DNA of 63,661 bases, filler included, from Trichomonas gallinae (GCA_008369845.1; 12 parts of 12 records of this genome joined end to end with filler, not necessarily neighbours in it); one strand, 5' to 3'. Shown: positions 11,393-22,587, counted from the first letter of the whole stretch. Made by a program: numbers and translations. Notes: generated by a model not told the origin, from the letters alone.

Positions 11393-12568
11393 TTATTCCT
11401 GATCAACTGCCTCTTTTCTTGGTGTGAGATCCTTTCTTGGCGTCAAATCCTTTCTGGGAGTTAAATCTTTCTTTTGTGGGGCTGCTGTGCTTGGTCTTGC
11501 TTTTTTCATGATTTTAATAGGCTTTTTAGCAGATGTTCTGGCACTACTTACTGATGCGTTATCTTTAGACTGATTTTCACCTGACTCAGAAATAATTGCA
11601 ACCAAATCTTGAAATCTCTTTTCAATGAGTTCCAATTTTGATTCTGGTGTGTCACATTTTTCATTTGTGGTGTATATTCTTCCCAAAGACTCTTGTGTTG
11701 CCTTCACCATCTTTGTAATATTATCAATAGATGCCATTATCGTTACGTAATCTGTCTGTTTATCACTTACTCGTTCAGCTCCTTTGATAGCATTCATTTT
11801 AACATATCTATTCTTCTTCTGCAGTTTTTTAATTTCTTCTCTCAGTGAATAAACTGTGTGAACTAAACCAATTCTGTGTCCTTGGAGCCTCTTTAGCTCT
11901 TCTTTTGATTTATCTAGGTCATTTGATTCTATCTTACTAAGTTCTAAAACTTTATCATCGCCATCATCATAATCTTCATCATGCTTCTTAATAACAGGTT
12001 GATCTGACGCGGAGCGAGAATATACATCCTTTGCTTGTGTTAAAAGATTGAATCTATTAATGATTTGCTCCGTATTTAAAAATAATTTGCTTCTTGTCAC
12101 GACATCCTCGAAAAAGATTGAATATGGATGCAGTTTTGATATTTCTGCCTGAGTTTCCGTAATTTTGTTCTGCAATTCCTTTTCTTTGATGGTTAATTCG
12201 TCTAATTCGTCTTCGTATTGTTTCGTGAGGTTTTCTTGCTTCTTTCTATTTTTACTATCATTTTCTATTTCAGATCGAAGACGTTTGAATATAACTTGTG
12301 TCTTTAATTCGATTTCATAAGCTTCTTTTCTGTGTTCATTTATTAAAGCTTTATCTTCTTCTAAATTTGATTCCCACTGTTCTTGTTCCATTCTAGCTTG
12401 TTGTAACTCTGCTTGAATCTGTTCTAACTCTGTTTTTTTCGCTATTAATTGTGGTGATAAGCCTGGTAAATCGATTCTCCTTTCCTGCCTGTTGCCCATC
12501 ATCTCGAGGTACTTCTTTTCGAAGGTTGTTTGTACGTGCTCTTGTTGTGTAAGGAAAGTTTTCGACAT
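11393..12568 (-). CDS. Coiled-coil flagellar protein, CFAP73/CCDC42-like (DUF4200)
   Basis: LSPQLIAKKTELEQIQAEL and LHPYSIFFEDVV...FLNTEQIINRFNLL resemble DUF4200 blocks; long coiled coil; first ATG at 12568. Confidence 0.65.
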   Translation of the reverse strand: MSKTFLTQQEHVQTTFEKKYLEMMGNRQERRIDLPGLSPQLIAKKTELEQIQAELQQARMEQEQWESNLEEDKALINEHRKEAYEIELKTQVIFKRLRSEIENDSKNRKKQENLTKQYEDELDELTIKEKELQNKITETQAEISKLHPYSIFFEDVVTRSKLFLNTEQIINRFNLLTQAKDVYSRSASDQPVIKKHDEDYDDGDDKVLELSKIESNDLDKSKEELKRLQGHRIGLVHTVYSLREEIKKLQKKNRYVKMNAIKGAERVSDKQTDYVTIMASIDNITKMVKATQESLGRIYTTNEKCDTPESKLELIEKRFQDLVAIISESGENQSKDNASVSSARTSAKKPIKIMKKARPSTAAPQKKDLTPRKDLTPRKDLTPRKEAVDQE

Positions 12569-12819
12569 CAAATAAAAAATTCAAACGTGTACGAAAAAGT
12601 GCCAAATTTTTGACATGTAAAATAAATATGTCAAAAATAATATTATGCATCAATAATTTAACTAAGGTCATGGTTAATATAGATTTTGTCTCGCTTATTC
12701 TTCGATAAATGATGTGATGCATTGCGGAAACATACTAAAAAAGGACCATCAAATATTTTTCCGTTATTTCGCAAAAATGCTCGATTGAACAAACTTAAGT
12801 CTTTTGGTCCACACATTTT

Positions 12820-12919
12820 NNNNNNNNNNNNNNNNNNNNNNNNNNNNNNNNNNNNNNNNNNNNTTAATTAATTAANNNNNNNNNNNNNNNNNNNNNNNNN
12901 NNNNNNNNNNNNNNNNNNN
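12820..12919. other. Artificial contig spacer (N44-TTAATTAATTAA-N44)
   Basis: Identical 100-nt spacer recurs 11 times; the core has stops in all six frames. Confidence 0.98.
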
Positions 12920-13335
12920 TTTTGTCATATTTATATGATTTGTTAGATTCACCCCCTATAATAGGACCTAGTGCAAACTGTGGCAAAACTGGGTAATATG
13001 ATATATCAAGAATCTTATATGAATATTAATGATTCTTATCATATGGCAAAATTTTCTTGACTGTATAAATGCTGTTGTCATTGTATGATGTCATTTAAAG
13101 ATGATGGATGATAGAAATTCATCAAATGTTGATCGAAGGATGATCAGAAATAATTATTAGGAAGCGGGAATAATGCACACCAATGAATTAAGATTGAAAT
13201 GACTAAAGTCATAATAAGAGATCGAAAAATAACGATGTTATAAAAAATTAGAAATATTGATTCTTAAAACATTATTTGAAATATGTGTTTGATAATTTAT
13301 TCGCAATAAAACAAACTAATTAACAATAACAACAC

Positions 13336-14076
13336 TCAAAGAAGTAAATCCGGTAATGAATCTGCCTGATTTGATGAAGATTCAGTTGAAAAGTAAGACT
13401 GGATCTCAAATCTGCGCTGTACAACATAGGAATTCAAAAGGCTCGGTTCTGGCTTAGAAAGCAAATAAGAAATCGATAAAATCGAATCTTTTTGTGTTTC
13501 CTTGGGAATCTTATAAATATCATCATTTTGGATGTACGGATTTTGAAGTATGATGTTGCAAAGCTCTGATGATCTTGATGTCATGCCGAGTGTTGCTAGA
13601 ATTAAATTAATCTGATAGAGTTTGCATAATGTAGTTTTATAACGTCCAGTGCCACGAGAGAGGAATTGCCCTGCCATTCTTATATCTATCTTGTTTGATT
13701 TTAGAGCATAAAATAAAAGCACAAAGTTAATCGTTAAGTTGGAGACTCCTACACATGTTTCTACTGGGAAAAGTGAATCAAGCGAAATCTCTGGCCTATC
13801 AATTTCCTTCTCTTTCCTCATCATTAGGATATGATTTGAAATTTTGGACTTTCCAAGCCATTCTACTCTATCCAAATTAAGTTTTTGGCAGCATCCAAGT
13901 GAAACAAAAACATTAACAATGTCGTAGAATCTTCTCCGCTTTATTTTGAAACTGTTGCATAGCGAAGGAATTCCATAGCTCTTTCCTGGATTACTCTCCA
14001 GCATGTTCACAAGGTTTGTAACAGAGCCCTTGAATAGCTTTTGCTTTTCTCTTTGGTTTCCGCGATCTTCTTTCAT
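13336..14076 (-). CDS. E2F/DP-family winged-helix transcription factor-like protein
   Basis: KIKRRRFYDIVNVFVSLG matches the E2F RRxYD(I)xNV DNA-binding signature, followed by ...VEWLG. Confidence 0.8.
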   Translation of the reverse strand: MKEDRGNQREKQKLFKGSVTNLVNMLESNPGKSYGIPSLCNSFKIKRRRFYDIVNVFVSLGCCQKLNLDRVEWLGKSKISNHILMMRKEKEIDRPEISLDSLFPVETCVGVSNLTINFVLLFYALKSNKIDIRMAGQFLSRGTGRYKTTLCKLYQINLILATLGMTSRSSELCNIILQNPYIQNDDIYKIPKETQKDSILSISYLLSKPEPSLLNSYVVQRRFEIQSYFSTESSSNQADSLPDLLL

Positions 14077-14804
14077 TAGATTTAATTCTTTAACAAAAAT
14101 TTTTGAAAAGAAAACTCAATTTTTTCAAAAGAATTTTTGGAAACAATTATATGTATAGATCTAATATTTTTCATAAAAGTTTTCGGATTGAAAGTTAAGT
14201 TTACGTTCAGGATATTTTCCTGATGTACATCATATAAATAACAATTACAACGAAATTCGAGTATAAAATTTGAAAAAGCACAGAAAATCCAAATGCATCA
14301 TAATAGTCAATAGAACAAGAATCAATGAAAATTTCCATATGATATTTTGTAAGTTTGTGAAAAATAATCAATAATTCAAAGATTAACAAATTTGAATAAT
14401 TTGTAAAGTCATAAAAATTTCAATAATCAGACATATTAATAAGAATCATATTATTTGCTATTATCTAAAATCAAAAATTGATAAGGACGATAACGAGCTT
14501 CCCAACGTTGTGACGAAAATTGCAAATACTAATATAATTAGTTATAAAACTACTAAAAAAATTTTGAATATTGCTGAAAATTAGTCTCTCAATTTTAAAA
14601 TATTTTCTCAAAAATAACCCAAGCTGAAGAAAAAAAAATCGCTCATTATTTTAGAACAATTTAAGCAAGTATGCACAACTGTTATTGAAATAAAGATTAT
14701 TTGTGAAAATATGATATAAGTATTAAACTGACCTTCCAATCAACAAAGTTTTTTTTTTTTTTTTTTTTTTTTTGAACAAAAAAATTGATTTTGCCATTTT
14801 TTTT

Positions 14805-14904
14805 NNNNNNNNNNNNNNNNNNNNNNNNNNNNNNNNNNNNNNNNNNNNTTAATTAATTAANNNNNNNNNNNNNNNNNNNNNNNNNNNNNNNNNNNNNNNN
14901 NNNN
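14805..14904. other. Artificial contig spacer
   Basis: N44-TTAATTAATTAA-N44. Confidence 0.98.
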
Positions 14905-15381
14905 AATGGTCACTATGTGCTCATTCTATATTATTAATTTACAGAATTTTTAGTTGTATTTTTCTGCCGGACAACCTTTTTATAATCACTTTTTTGTAAA
15001 ATGTGACTTTTTTGGTGCTTTATTTCTTCTCAAAATCATATTGATAGACTTTGTAAATAATAAAGTGTCAAAATATGATGTAACATTGTCATTTTTGAAC
15101 AAATCTGACTATCTGACACTTTATTTTTCGAATTATTTTCACAATTTCGTAGAATTTTATTTCGAATTTCGTAGAATTTCAAAACGAGCTAAAAACATTC
15201 TTTGTGAGTCATCCAATATATCTTCTTCATGCTCATCATCATATCCTAGGTATCTAAATTCAAATAACTGCTGTTATTCAAGTCGAATCTTATAACAATT
15301 CCATTTATTAAGGCTATTTTCATGACATGTAAATCAATTTTTGTCATGTAAAATATGAAATTTGCCATCATTATATTATTC

Positions 15382-15681
15382 ATGCAGAATGATTCTTCGC
15401 GGAATATCAAATCAAATCATCAACCACAAAATTTCTGCGAAGAATTATTCCCGCCTTTACCGCATATAACTAGTACAAATCCTGAAAAATATCGTACAAT
15501 TCCACCACAGCCCGTCAAAGAACTCAAAAACTTTGAAGATGATGTCAAAGTTATTCAAAATATACTAAGGTTTCAGCATATTGATGTACCATTTGAAAAA
15601 ATACGAACTTATCTTGCATTCTTTACTAATTGTGATACAACTATTACCGTTCTTTTGCAAGAATACTCAGATTCCAATTAA
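15382..15681 (+). CDS. Small hypothetical protein
   Basis: ORF with Pro-rich N-half and helical C-half; Inr-like TCATT at 15368 favours the ATG at 15382. Confidence 0.55.
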   Translation: MQNDSSRNIKSNHQPQNFCEELFPPLPHITSTNPEKYRTIPPQPVKELKNFEDDVKVIQNILRFQHIDVPFEKIRTYLAFFTNCDTTITVLLQEYSDSN

Positions 15682-15870
15682 TTCTTTACTACATGTGGTA
15701 CAAAATCAAAACACTCTTATAATATTTAAGATATTATGTTTTCATTGCATTTTTTAACTAAAAAACAAAAGAACATGCTCCTATTTCTTGAGCGAATTAT
15801 GCATATCAATATAATTTCAGTTTAATATTTTTATTCAAACAAAATTATTATAAAAATAGAGTTATTTGTA

Positions 15871-16080
15871 TTAAAAGTTTTGCGTATTTTCATCCTGCTC
15901 TGTTCTAGAGATATATTTTCGAAACTGGTGCTGCATTTCTGGATGTGGAGGTAAATTGAAATCATCTTGCCAGTCAACTTCATCATTTTCGATCACAGTT
16001 ATATTCTCAATGACATCAGTATTCAATGGGACAAACTCATCATCATGAATAATTGAGAAAGTGTTAATTGCTTTCGTCAT
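15871..16080 (-). CDS. Probable divergent Sem1/DSS1 (proteasome lid/TREX-2 subunit)
   Basis: 69-aa acidic protein after an Inr (TCACT). FSIIHDDEF, VDWQDDF and MQHQFRKYI occur in the same order as Sem1 LLEEDDEF, WEDNW and FSNQLRAEL. Confidence 0.55.
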   Translation of the reverse strand: MTKAINTFSIIHDDEFVPLNTDVIENITVIENDEVDWQDDFNLPPHPEMQHQFRKYISRTEQDENTQNF

Positions 16081-16286
16081 TATATATGAGTGAACTTCCT
16101 CGATAAAAATGATATATTTTGTCAAATGTAAACCAAAATTTGTCAAAAAAACCATTTCCATATATTATGAATAGCAATATTATCATAGCTCATAACCACA
16201 TGTAAAACAATCATTTCCGATGTGAACACGAGAAATGGTAATATAGAAAATGTTCTTTGTTAATAATTATATATCATTAGTGATTA

Positions 16287-18100
16287 TTAACAAACAATTT
16301 CCGAAAATTTCTTCTGTGATAGAGTGACAATTTTTCCATCAATAGCAAGAACAACATTTGGATGTGTAAACATGATGTGAGCTCTAATATCAGGATCAAC
16401 TTTGAGTGAAACTATGTCGCCTATTCTATATGTTTTACCAATGATAACAATTGATTCTTTCGAAGCTTGAAATTTATGAAATGCGATTTCTTGAGTATCT
16501 GTAAGTATTTCTTGAGGAGTTAACTTTGGTGATGTGTGGATAACATTTGTCGGGTTGTTGAAGAATCTCAAAGAAAAAAAAAATCTCAAAGAAATATATT
16601 CATTTTTGTGGCGTTGTTGAAGAATCTCCCAGATGATGGAGTGCATCCAATCATTGCACAAAAACTGAAATATTCTTCTTGTAAGTCATATGCCAATGAA
16701 TCATCAAGATGAGACATTGCTTTAGATCCTAAATCTATGCGTCCATAATCTTTTGTAGAAATAAGGAGTAAATATTCCATAGTCCTTCGGATGTATTTCA
16801 TAGCCAGCAGATGCGATATACTTTGTTATTTGAGGAACAGTCAGCCTAGCATTAATCATGAATCCTCTTGGACTTTGTGATGATAGGTTATGGAAAATAT
16901 CAAGATATGTTGACATTACACTGATAAATTCTTGATGATTGTTATTTTCATCGACTGAATAAAACGGGCATAAATCAACAGGTGGACCTGAGTGATAAGT
17001 TACATCATAAAATCCCAATGAAATTTTGTCCATCGAAACCTGGATGGCAGATTAGCTTGTTGTTGATATCTCTTTCTCCATATTCAACCAAAATCTTGCA
17101 ATCTTCAGATTTTTCAGCACATTTTCAAATATTTTCATCATAATTGCAGGCCCAACATATCTATAAGAGTATAGTCCTTTAACTTGATCATCAGGGTAGT
17201 ACCCCCAATAATACTTCGGCGTGAATGTTTTGAAGACTTCGTCTGTTAGATTATTTGCATAAATTTGATCTACCCACGCTCCGGGTCCATATGATTTTAG
17301 ATATATTTCAGGGAACGAAAAATGCCATTTTTCAATAGTATCTTTGTAGTTGCGAGACTTTTTGTCGACGATTATGTAAGACAACTTAAACTGTTTTCTC
17401 GGTTTCATTCCTATTTCCATGAATATTCCTGTCTCAGCTCTTCTTACATGCCACATTGCGAAGAAGTCATCATTATCAACATCAACGCCATCAATATATG
17501 TTTAGTTAGCTATTATAGGCATCATCATGAAATTTATATTCGTGTGTACAATTTCCTCATTATATATGAATATATGAGATGCAATAAATCAAACGAAATT
17601 TAAAGAGAAATAGTCTTAAGCTATAGTTTTTCCGTCGTTGTTATGTCAACTGTTACCCTATAAACATTTACGCGTATTTTTTCTACTTGTGATTTCCCGT
17701 AATCACTGTATTTGATGTTTCTGCTAATGAATCTTATGTTGGGAAGTTTAAAGACGCATTATGTGTCGTCTGAGTAAAAGAAAATTTTAACTATTGAGCC
17801 ATTTTCTATTGGCTTGATTATGTTTTTTTGTTGTTTGGCCTGGAAGAGGAAAGTTATTTTCGGAAAATGTGTAGTTAGCGAAGAATAACTGAACGTATCA
17901 CTTCTGAATTTTGCTATTTGTAACTAAATTACACGAATCAAAATAACTATTTGGTAAATTTTTGACTTTTTTTGTAATAACAGCAGATGTTTTCGTATCT
18001 GTGCCTGGTGGACAAGTAATTGTTTGGTCATCTTTGTTTATTGTGCATGAAACAGTCTTGACATCTTCAATAGTGAACGACATGAAACAGCCATGACATC
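16287..18100 (-). pseudogene. Fragmented gene of unknown family
   Basis: ORFs 17052-17456 and 16722-17033 are in the same frame separated by one TAA (TS*SAIQVSMDK). Another in-frame TAA lies upstream (MMPIIAN*TYIDG). Frameshifts and a 16-bp duplication (gttgttgaagaatctc at 16554 and 16613) lie downstream. Inclusion of 17898-18083 is tentative. Confidence 0.6.
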
Positions 18101-18771
18101 GGAATTTATTGGGTGGAGGACATCCTCTTCTTGGAATAGATCACTATTCCTTATGGAAAAAAAGCAGTACACTAATGATATTAATGATTTTGGTAAATAG
18201 AAAAAAGTTGAATAGTTTACAAAAAAATAAACTTATCAAACTAAAATTTAACCTTATTTGCCCTCAAGGGGAAAATCTTATTTCTCAGAAAATTCTAATA
18301 ACAACTAAATGTATAACTTTACCAAACGAATTCTAATGATTGGAATAAAAATCAGCCGTAAATAATATGGAATTTTTATTCATTGGTTCCAAATATTAGA
18401 CTTGTTAGTAATTGGTTTACAGTAATTATAATTAGACCAAAGGATTACGATTTACGTATTCTAATTGCAATTATATGCTTTGAAGCGCATATTCAAATTA
18501 CAATTAGGAGAATTGCAATGACAACAGTACCTTTTTTATCGTCACTGCAGTTTGAAAGTAAGGATAGCGGTTTGCTATTGCAATGTTAAATAATTGAGTT
18601 CAAATAAAGAAAAATTATTGATTCAATAAAGACTTTTCTAAAATGTAAATGGTTATGAGCGACATAATGAACATACGACGATGATTTTTGATTAGAAAAA
18701 ACTAAACCTGAAAATATAAGGATTTGATATTTTGTTGAAATTTGTTATTATGATTAATATTCTAAGTACTG

Positions 18772-19311
18772 CTAAATTGCTGTGTCATCGTCTGATCCGT
18801 TGGATGAAAATTCTGTTTTGAGCAGATTATCAACAACTTCCATTCCTGGTAATCTTGAATAGTCAATTCTACCTGTTAAAGTACCAGTACTTTGAAATAT
18901 CTGTGCCAGTTGTTCATCATTTGAATCTGAATCTTCGGAATCATAATTTACTGCCTGAGCGACTGTATTAAACATTGGCTTTGTAAGTATTTCTGAAGGG
19001 GCTCTGCGCGAGTCTGAAAATTTTGTTGCTTGGTACTCTATATTTCTGCGGACATCTACGTTAAATGGATATCTCGACTCAACATCGCGTTCATTGATAT
19101 ATTTACGTGTTTTCTTTGGCATATCTCTTAATTTCTTTTGATATTTAGCTTGCTTTTTTTCAATTAACTGATGCCTCGAAGATAAATTAGGCCTTGTTGT
19201 TCTTATTGTAGCAGCAGATGCATCCACTTTGTTGATGTGACTCACATATACGTGATCAGTCTCGATTTTCGCAAGTATTTGTGATGTGATTGGATCAAAT
19301 CTGTGCTTCAT
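18772..19311 (-). CDS. Hypothetical protein
   Basis: 179-aa ATG-initiated ORF with normal coding composition; no recognised domain. Confidence 0.7.
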   Translation of the reverse strand: MKHRFDPITSQILAKIETDHVYVSHINKVDASAATIRTTRPNLSSRHQLIEKKQAKYQKKLRDMPKKTRKYINERDVESRYPFNVDVRRNIEYQATKFSDSRRAPSEILTKPMFNTVAQAVNYDSEDSDSNDEQLAQIFQSTGTLTGRIDYSRLPGMEVVDNLLKTEFSSNGSDDDTAI

Positions 19312-19409
19312 CTTTTTATGAGATGAAAAATCAGTTAATTATGATGAGTAGATAACATTTATCAGATCCAAATAGATCCAATAAATTTAATAAGGTTATT
19401 TCCAAAAAA

Positions 19410-19750
19410 ATTACAAAATAACGATTATTTTTAATTCAAAATTAATTATAATATGAAATGAATCATATATATTAAGTTTTTCGAATTAAATTTTTGCGCT
19501 ATCACGCCCATATAACTTTTGAAAATTGACGAAATAACGATTAATTTTAATTCAAAAGTGATATCGGTCTAATGCAATATACTGATGGAAAATATTATTG
19601 TGCTTTCGAGCCCATAAAATTTTCCAAATATTTACAAAATAACGATTAATTCTGATTCAAAATTAATTCGGTAAAATGAAATCAGTAATAAACTTTATGT
19701 TTTTCCAATAAAATTTTGTGCTTTCACGCCCATAAATATTCGAAAATTTA
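19410..19750. repeat. Degenerate ~105-118-bp tandem repeat, 3 units
   Basis: aaataacgatta...ttcaaaa anchors at about 19416, 19532 and 19637; gcccata at 19506, 19610 and 19728. A related 20-mer occurs inverted at 201-220. Confidence 0.8.
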
Positions 19751-19856
19751 CATAAACCTTATAAAAAAACAACAAACTTTTGAATTAAAAGTGACAACCA
19801 AGAATGACTATCACTTATTGTAAAAATATGGAAAGTGTAAATTAGACAATATTTAC

Positions 19857-20330
19857 TTATTCAACGGAGAATTCGTTGAAAACACGAGTCATTAATGACT
19901 TGAATTCTTGGATATCTAATGTACCATTATGATCTCTATCAAAATCTCTTAAGTAATTTTCGCATTTGCTTGTAGAGACTCTCTGTCCAAGCTTGCCGAA
20001 TAATCCACGAATCTCTGGAACTGAAATATTGCCGGAGTGGTCAGCATCGATTGCTTCGAAAAGTTTAGTGATCGTTGTATCATTGACTGTAGCTGTTCTA
20101 GTGTTTGGCATATCACCATAGATTGATAGGAAGTGATCAAGTGTGATATAAGAATCCTGTGGGAGGCCAAAAATGGAATAGAAGCAGACTGAAGCAGCCA
20201 TCGAAGCCTTTCCTCTGAAACCCATCTTTGAGAACAGCAGGGCGAACTCCTTGAAGTCAAGCTTGCCGTTTTTGTCTGAATCGATTCTGTTAAAGAAATC
20301 AGTAAGGGACTTCCTGACTGAGGCGCTCAT
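19857..20330 (-). CDS. Calmodulin-like EF-hand protein
   Basis: Canonical EF loops DSDKNGKLDFKE, DADHSGNISVPE and DRDHNGTLDIQE; the second hand is degenerate. Confidence 0.9.
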   Translation of the reverse strand: MSASVRKSLTDFFNRIDSDKNGKLDFKEFALLFSKMGFRGKASMAASVCFYSIFGLPQDSYITLDHFLSIYGDMPNTRTATVNDTTITKLFEAIDADHSGNISVPEIRGLFGKLGQRVSTSKCENYLRDFDRDHNGTLDIQEFKSLMTRVFNEFSVE

Positions 20331-20343
20331 TTCTTAGAAAATT

Positions 20344-20351
20344 GTCACTTT
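20344..20351 (-). promoter_or_regulatory. M2-like motif AAAGTGAC upstream of the EF-hand gene
   Basis: AAAGTGAC on the coding strand about 14 nt upstream of the ATG at 20330. Confidence 0.55.
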
Positions 20352-20941
20352 TAAAAATACGTTAGAGCTATCGTCTATAAATTTATATTATATATTCCAT
20401 GTAATGTAAAAATTTTCAATTTTTTACAAACAACACCAAAATCTGTCACTTTTGGTGGAACATTTCATTTCTTTCCTTAATATTTATGACTCATATTCAG
20501 TCGCGCATATATACATGGCGAGAAACTTATATATTTGTTATCATTTTTCGATTTAATCTATTATTGGGAGAGATTGTGAGCCAAATCTCTATTTTTCAAA
20601 AGGTTACGAGAATCCGAAGCATGAAATCTCTATATATGTCATAGTTATGTAAATATTTGCAATTGTTCATCGTGGTATAGCTAAAAAAAGACTAAATCAT
20701 TTCCGATCTTATTGTCATGTAGTATTTCTTAAAGATACACTTCATGAAATTAAGGCATTTCTTTTTTGCATACTTAAATCATTCATAAAAGAAATGATCT
20801 CAAATGATCATTCAATAAACTAAAACAGCACAAAAATATACTTTTTAATTCCAAGATATAGTCGATACAGGTTATGTTTTTGTTGAATACAAACGTGTTC
20901 GGCTATAAATCGAATGATAAAACAGAAGTCAAAAAATTAAA

Positions 20942-21080
20942 TTACATGACAAAAAAATATTTATTTGTCAAATATCAAATTACATGACAAAAAATATTTA
21001 TTTGACAATTGTCAAATTACTTGACAAAAAAATTATTTGTCAAGTTTATATTACATGACAAAAAAATATTTATTTGTCAG
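20942..21080. repeat. Tandem 34-38-bp repeat x4 in the Tectonic-like promoter
   Basis: ttac(a/t)tgacaaaaaa(a)tatttatttg(t/a)ca units start at 20942, 20980, 21017 and 21051. Confidence 0.9.
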
Positions 21081-21122
21081 ATGTCAAAAGTAAATTTTTT
21101 AGATTATAAACGGTTAAAAAAA

Positions 21123-22142
21123 ATGTTGTGTTATCTTCTGTCTCTTCGTCGTCTCCAAAGCTTCATTTCATATGAAAGTGCTGATAATACTACATCATAT
21201 TCCGCCAACTCTAACTATTCTACTCTGCAGAAAGGCGATGTCTCTGATTGTCCATGTATGACTAACAATTATACATGCATTCCTGATTGTTGCTGTGCCC
21301 CGAAGTGCTCTGGATTCTACTCATCAACTGATTCATCATGCTATCAGGCACCTACATCAGATCTCGTTAAAATGTGCAGTTCATACTCTAAAGACTCCGT
21401 TGGTTCCGTATCAGACTGGTTAATGCGTGTAATTTTCTGTGTTTACAGAGAAAACAATCCGTTAACTTCACGTGGTATTACGTATGCTTCTCCAGATGCT
21501 GATTACGAAAATACAGCATTAGAAAACTCTATTGCAAGCCAAATCACATCAACTTCATCTTCATATATATACTTAACAGAAAGCGACGTCGAAACTGTTA
21601 CTGGTGCTGATAAATCAAATCGTGGCTACCTTTTCGGTCAATCTGTGTTAGATTCTGATGGCACTGTCTTCAACTTTAATGCCAGTAGTGGTTCTGTTTT
21701 AATTCCAATAGAATTTGGTGTTAATATCGATTTTGAATTTGATATTCCAAACGGAACATTACCAAATGCTACTATTCCATTATTAGATAATTCAACAACC
21801 CATTCTGTTCGCACATCTCCATATGTTACTGATACAATCGCAATTGAAAATTCTAATTCATCAACTGGCGAGCCAAAGTTCTTAGGACTTAGCCTTTCAT
21901 TCCTTTTCAAGGCTGTTGGTTATAAACAAGCTCCACAATATATTATTGATTCAGTTGTCATTAATACAACAACAACTGACTTCCCGGAAGGCACACATGC
22001 CGGATTGATTAATGGAACTCATGTTATCGGCCACATCGGATTCTATGAGCTTCCAAATAATCAAAACTTGTTAGATCAGCCAAGTTCAGCTGATGAAAAC
22101 TCTTGGGTTCCATTTAACTGGAGAGGTGCAAATATTAATTAA
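21123..22142 (+). CDS. Tectonic-like ciliary transition-zone protein (compact)
   Basis: CPCMTNNYTCIPDCCCAPKC matches the Tectonic CxCD...CD.NCCCD.DC motif; also IFCV..EN, NRGYLFGQ and FLFKAVGYKQAPQYII. Start at 21123 because the upstream extension is the tandem repeat. Confidence 0.75.
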   Translation: MLCYLLSLRRLQSFISYESADNTTSYSANSNYSTLQKGDVSDCPCMTNNYTCIPDCCCAPKCSGFYSSTDSSCYQAPTSDLVKMCSSYSKDSVGSVSDWLMRVIFCVYRENNPLTSRGITYASPDADYENTALENSIASQITSTSSSYIYLTESDVETVTGADKSNRGYLFGQSVLDSDGTVFNFNASSGSVLIPIEFGVNIDFEFDIPNGTLPNATIPLLDNSTTHSVRTSPYVTDTIAIENSNSSTGEPKFLGLSLSFLFKAVGYKQAPQYIIDSVVINTTTTDFPEGTHAGLINGTHVIGHIGFYELPNNQNLLDQPSSADENSWVPFNWRGANIN

Positions 22143-22407
22143 CCATTTATTATTTATATATTTATTTGGAATTAAAATGTTTGATTTAAACTCTAATTTA
22201 TTTTTAAATCGGCTTTTATTCTATATTACTTCAATAACTTACTATTATTATCCGTTTAATTTGTTAATAGAAAAAAATTATAAAATTATATTCAAAAGAA
22301 AAGTCCAAAATGCAATGATTTCAATTATATGTAGTATATGTGTTACATATGATTTGAAATTTGAAGGGGTAGTATATTTTATAAGTCAATTTCCTAATTA
22401 GTAATGT

Positions 22408-22487
22408 TTAAGCGTGGTACCACCTTGATTTCCTGCGGCCACGAGCCATTTCGAACTTACGGCCGTGGGAAGCAACCTTCGGGCGTG
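22408..22487 (-). CDS. RPL18: 60S ribosomal protein L18 (eL18), 3' fragment at contig edge
   Basis: Translates RPKVASHGRKFEMARGRRKSRWYHA*, matching the eL18 C-terminus ([23 protein letters not shown]). Not in the ORF track. Confidence 0.9.
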
Positions 22488-22587
22488 NNNNNNNNNNNNN
22501 NNNNNNNNNNNNNNNNNNNNNNNNNNNNNNNTTAATTAATTAANNNNNNNNNNNNNNNNNNNNNNNNNNNNNNNNNNNNNNNNNNNN
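22488..22587. other. Artificial contig spacer
   Basis: N44-TTAATTAATTAA-N44. Confidence 0.98.

Noticed and set aside
14749..14773. Long poly-T run near a contig end (also poly-A at 63524-63538)
   Set aside because: Simple homopolymers with no TSD or adjacent retro-element evidence.
16722..17530. In-frame TAA codons as a sign of a TAA=Gln genetic code
   Set aside because: Many intact genes here (EF-hand, BEACH, cathepsin, RPL18) end in TAA, and the region also has frameshifts; pseudogene decay is simpler.
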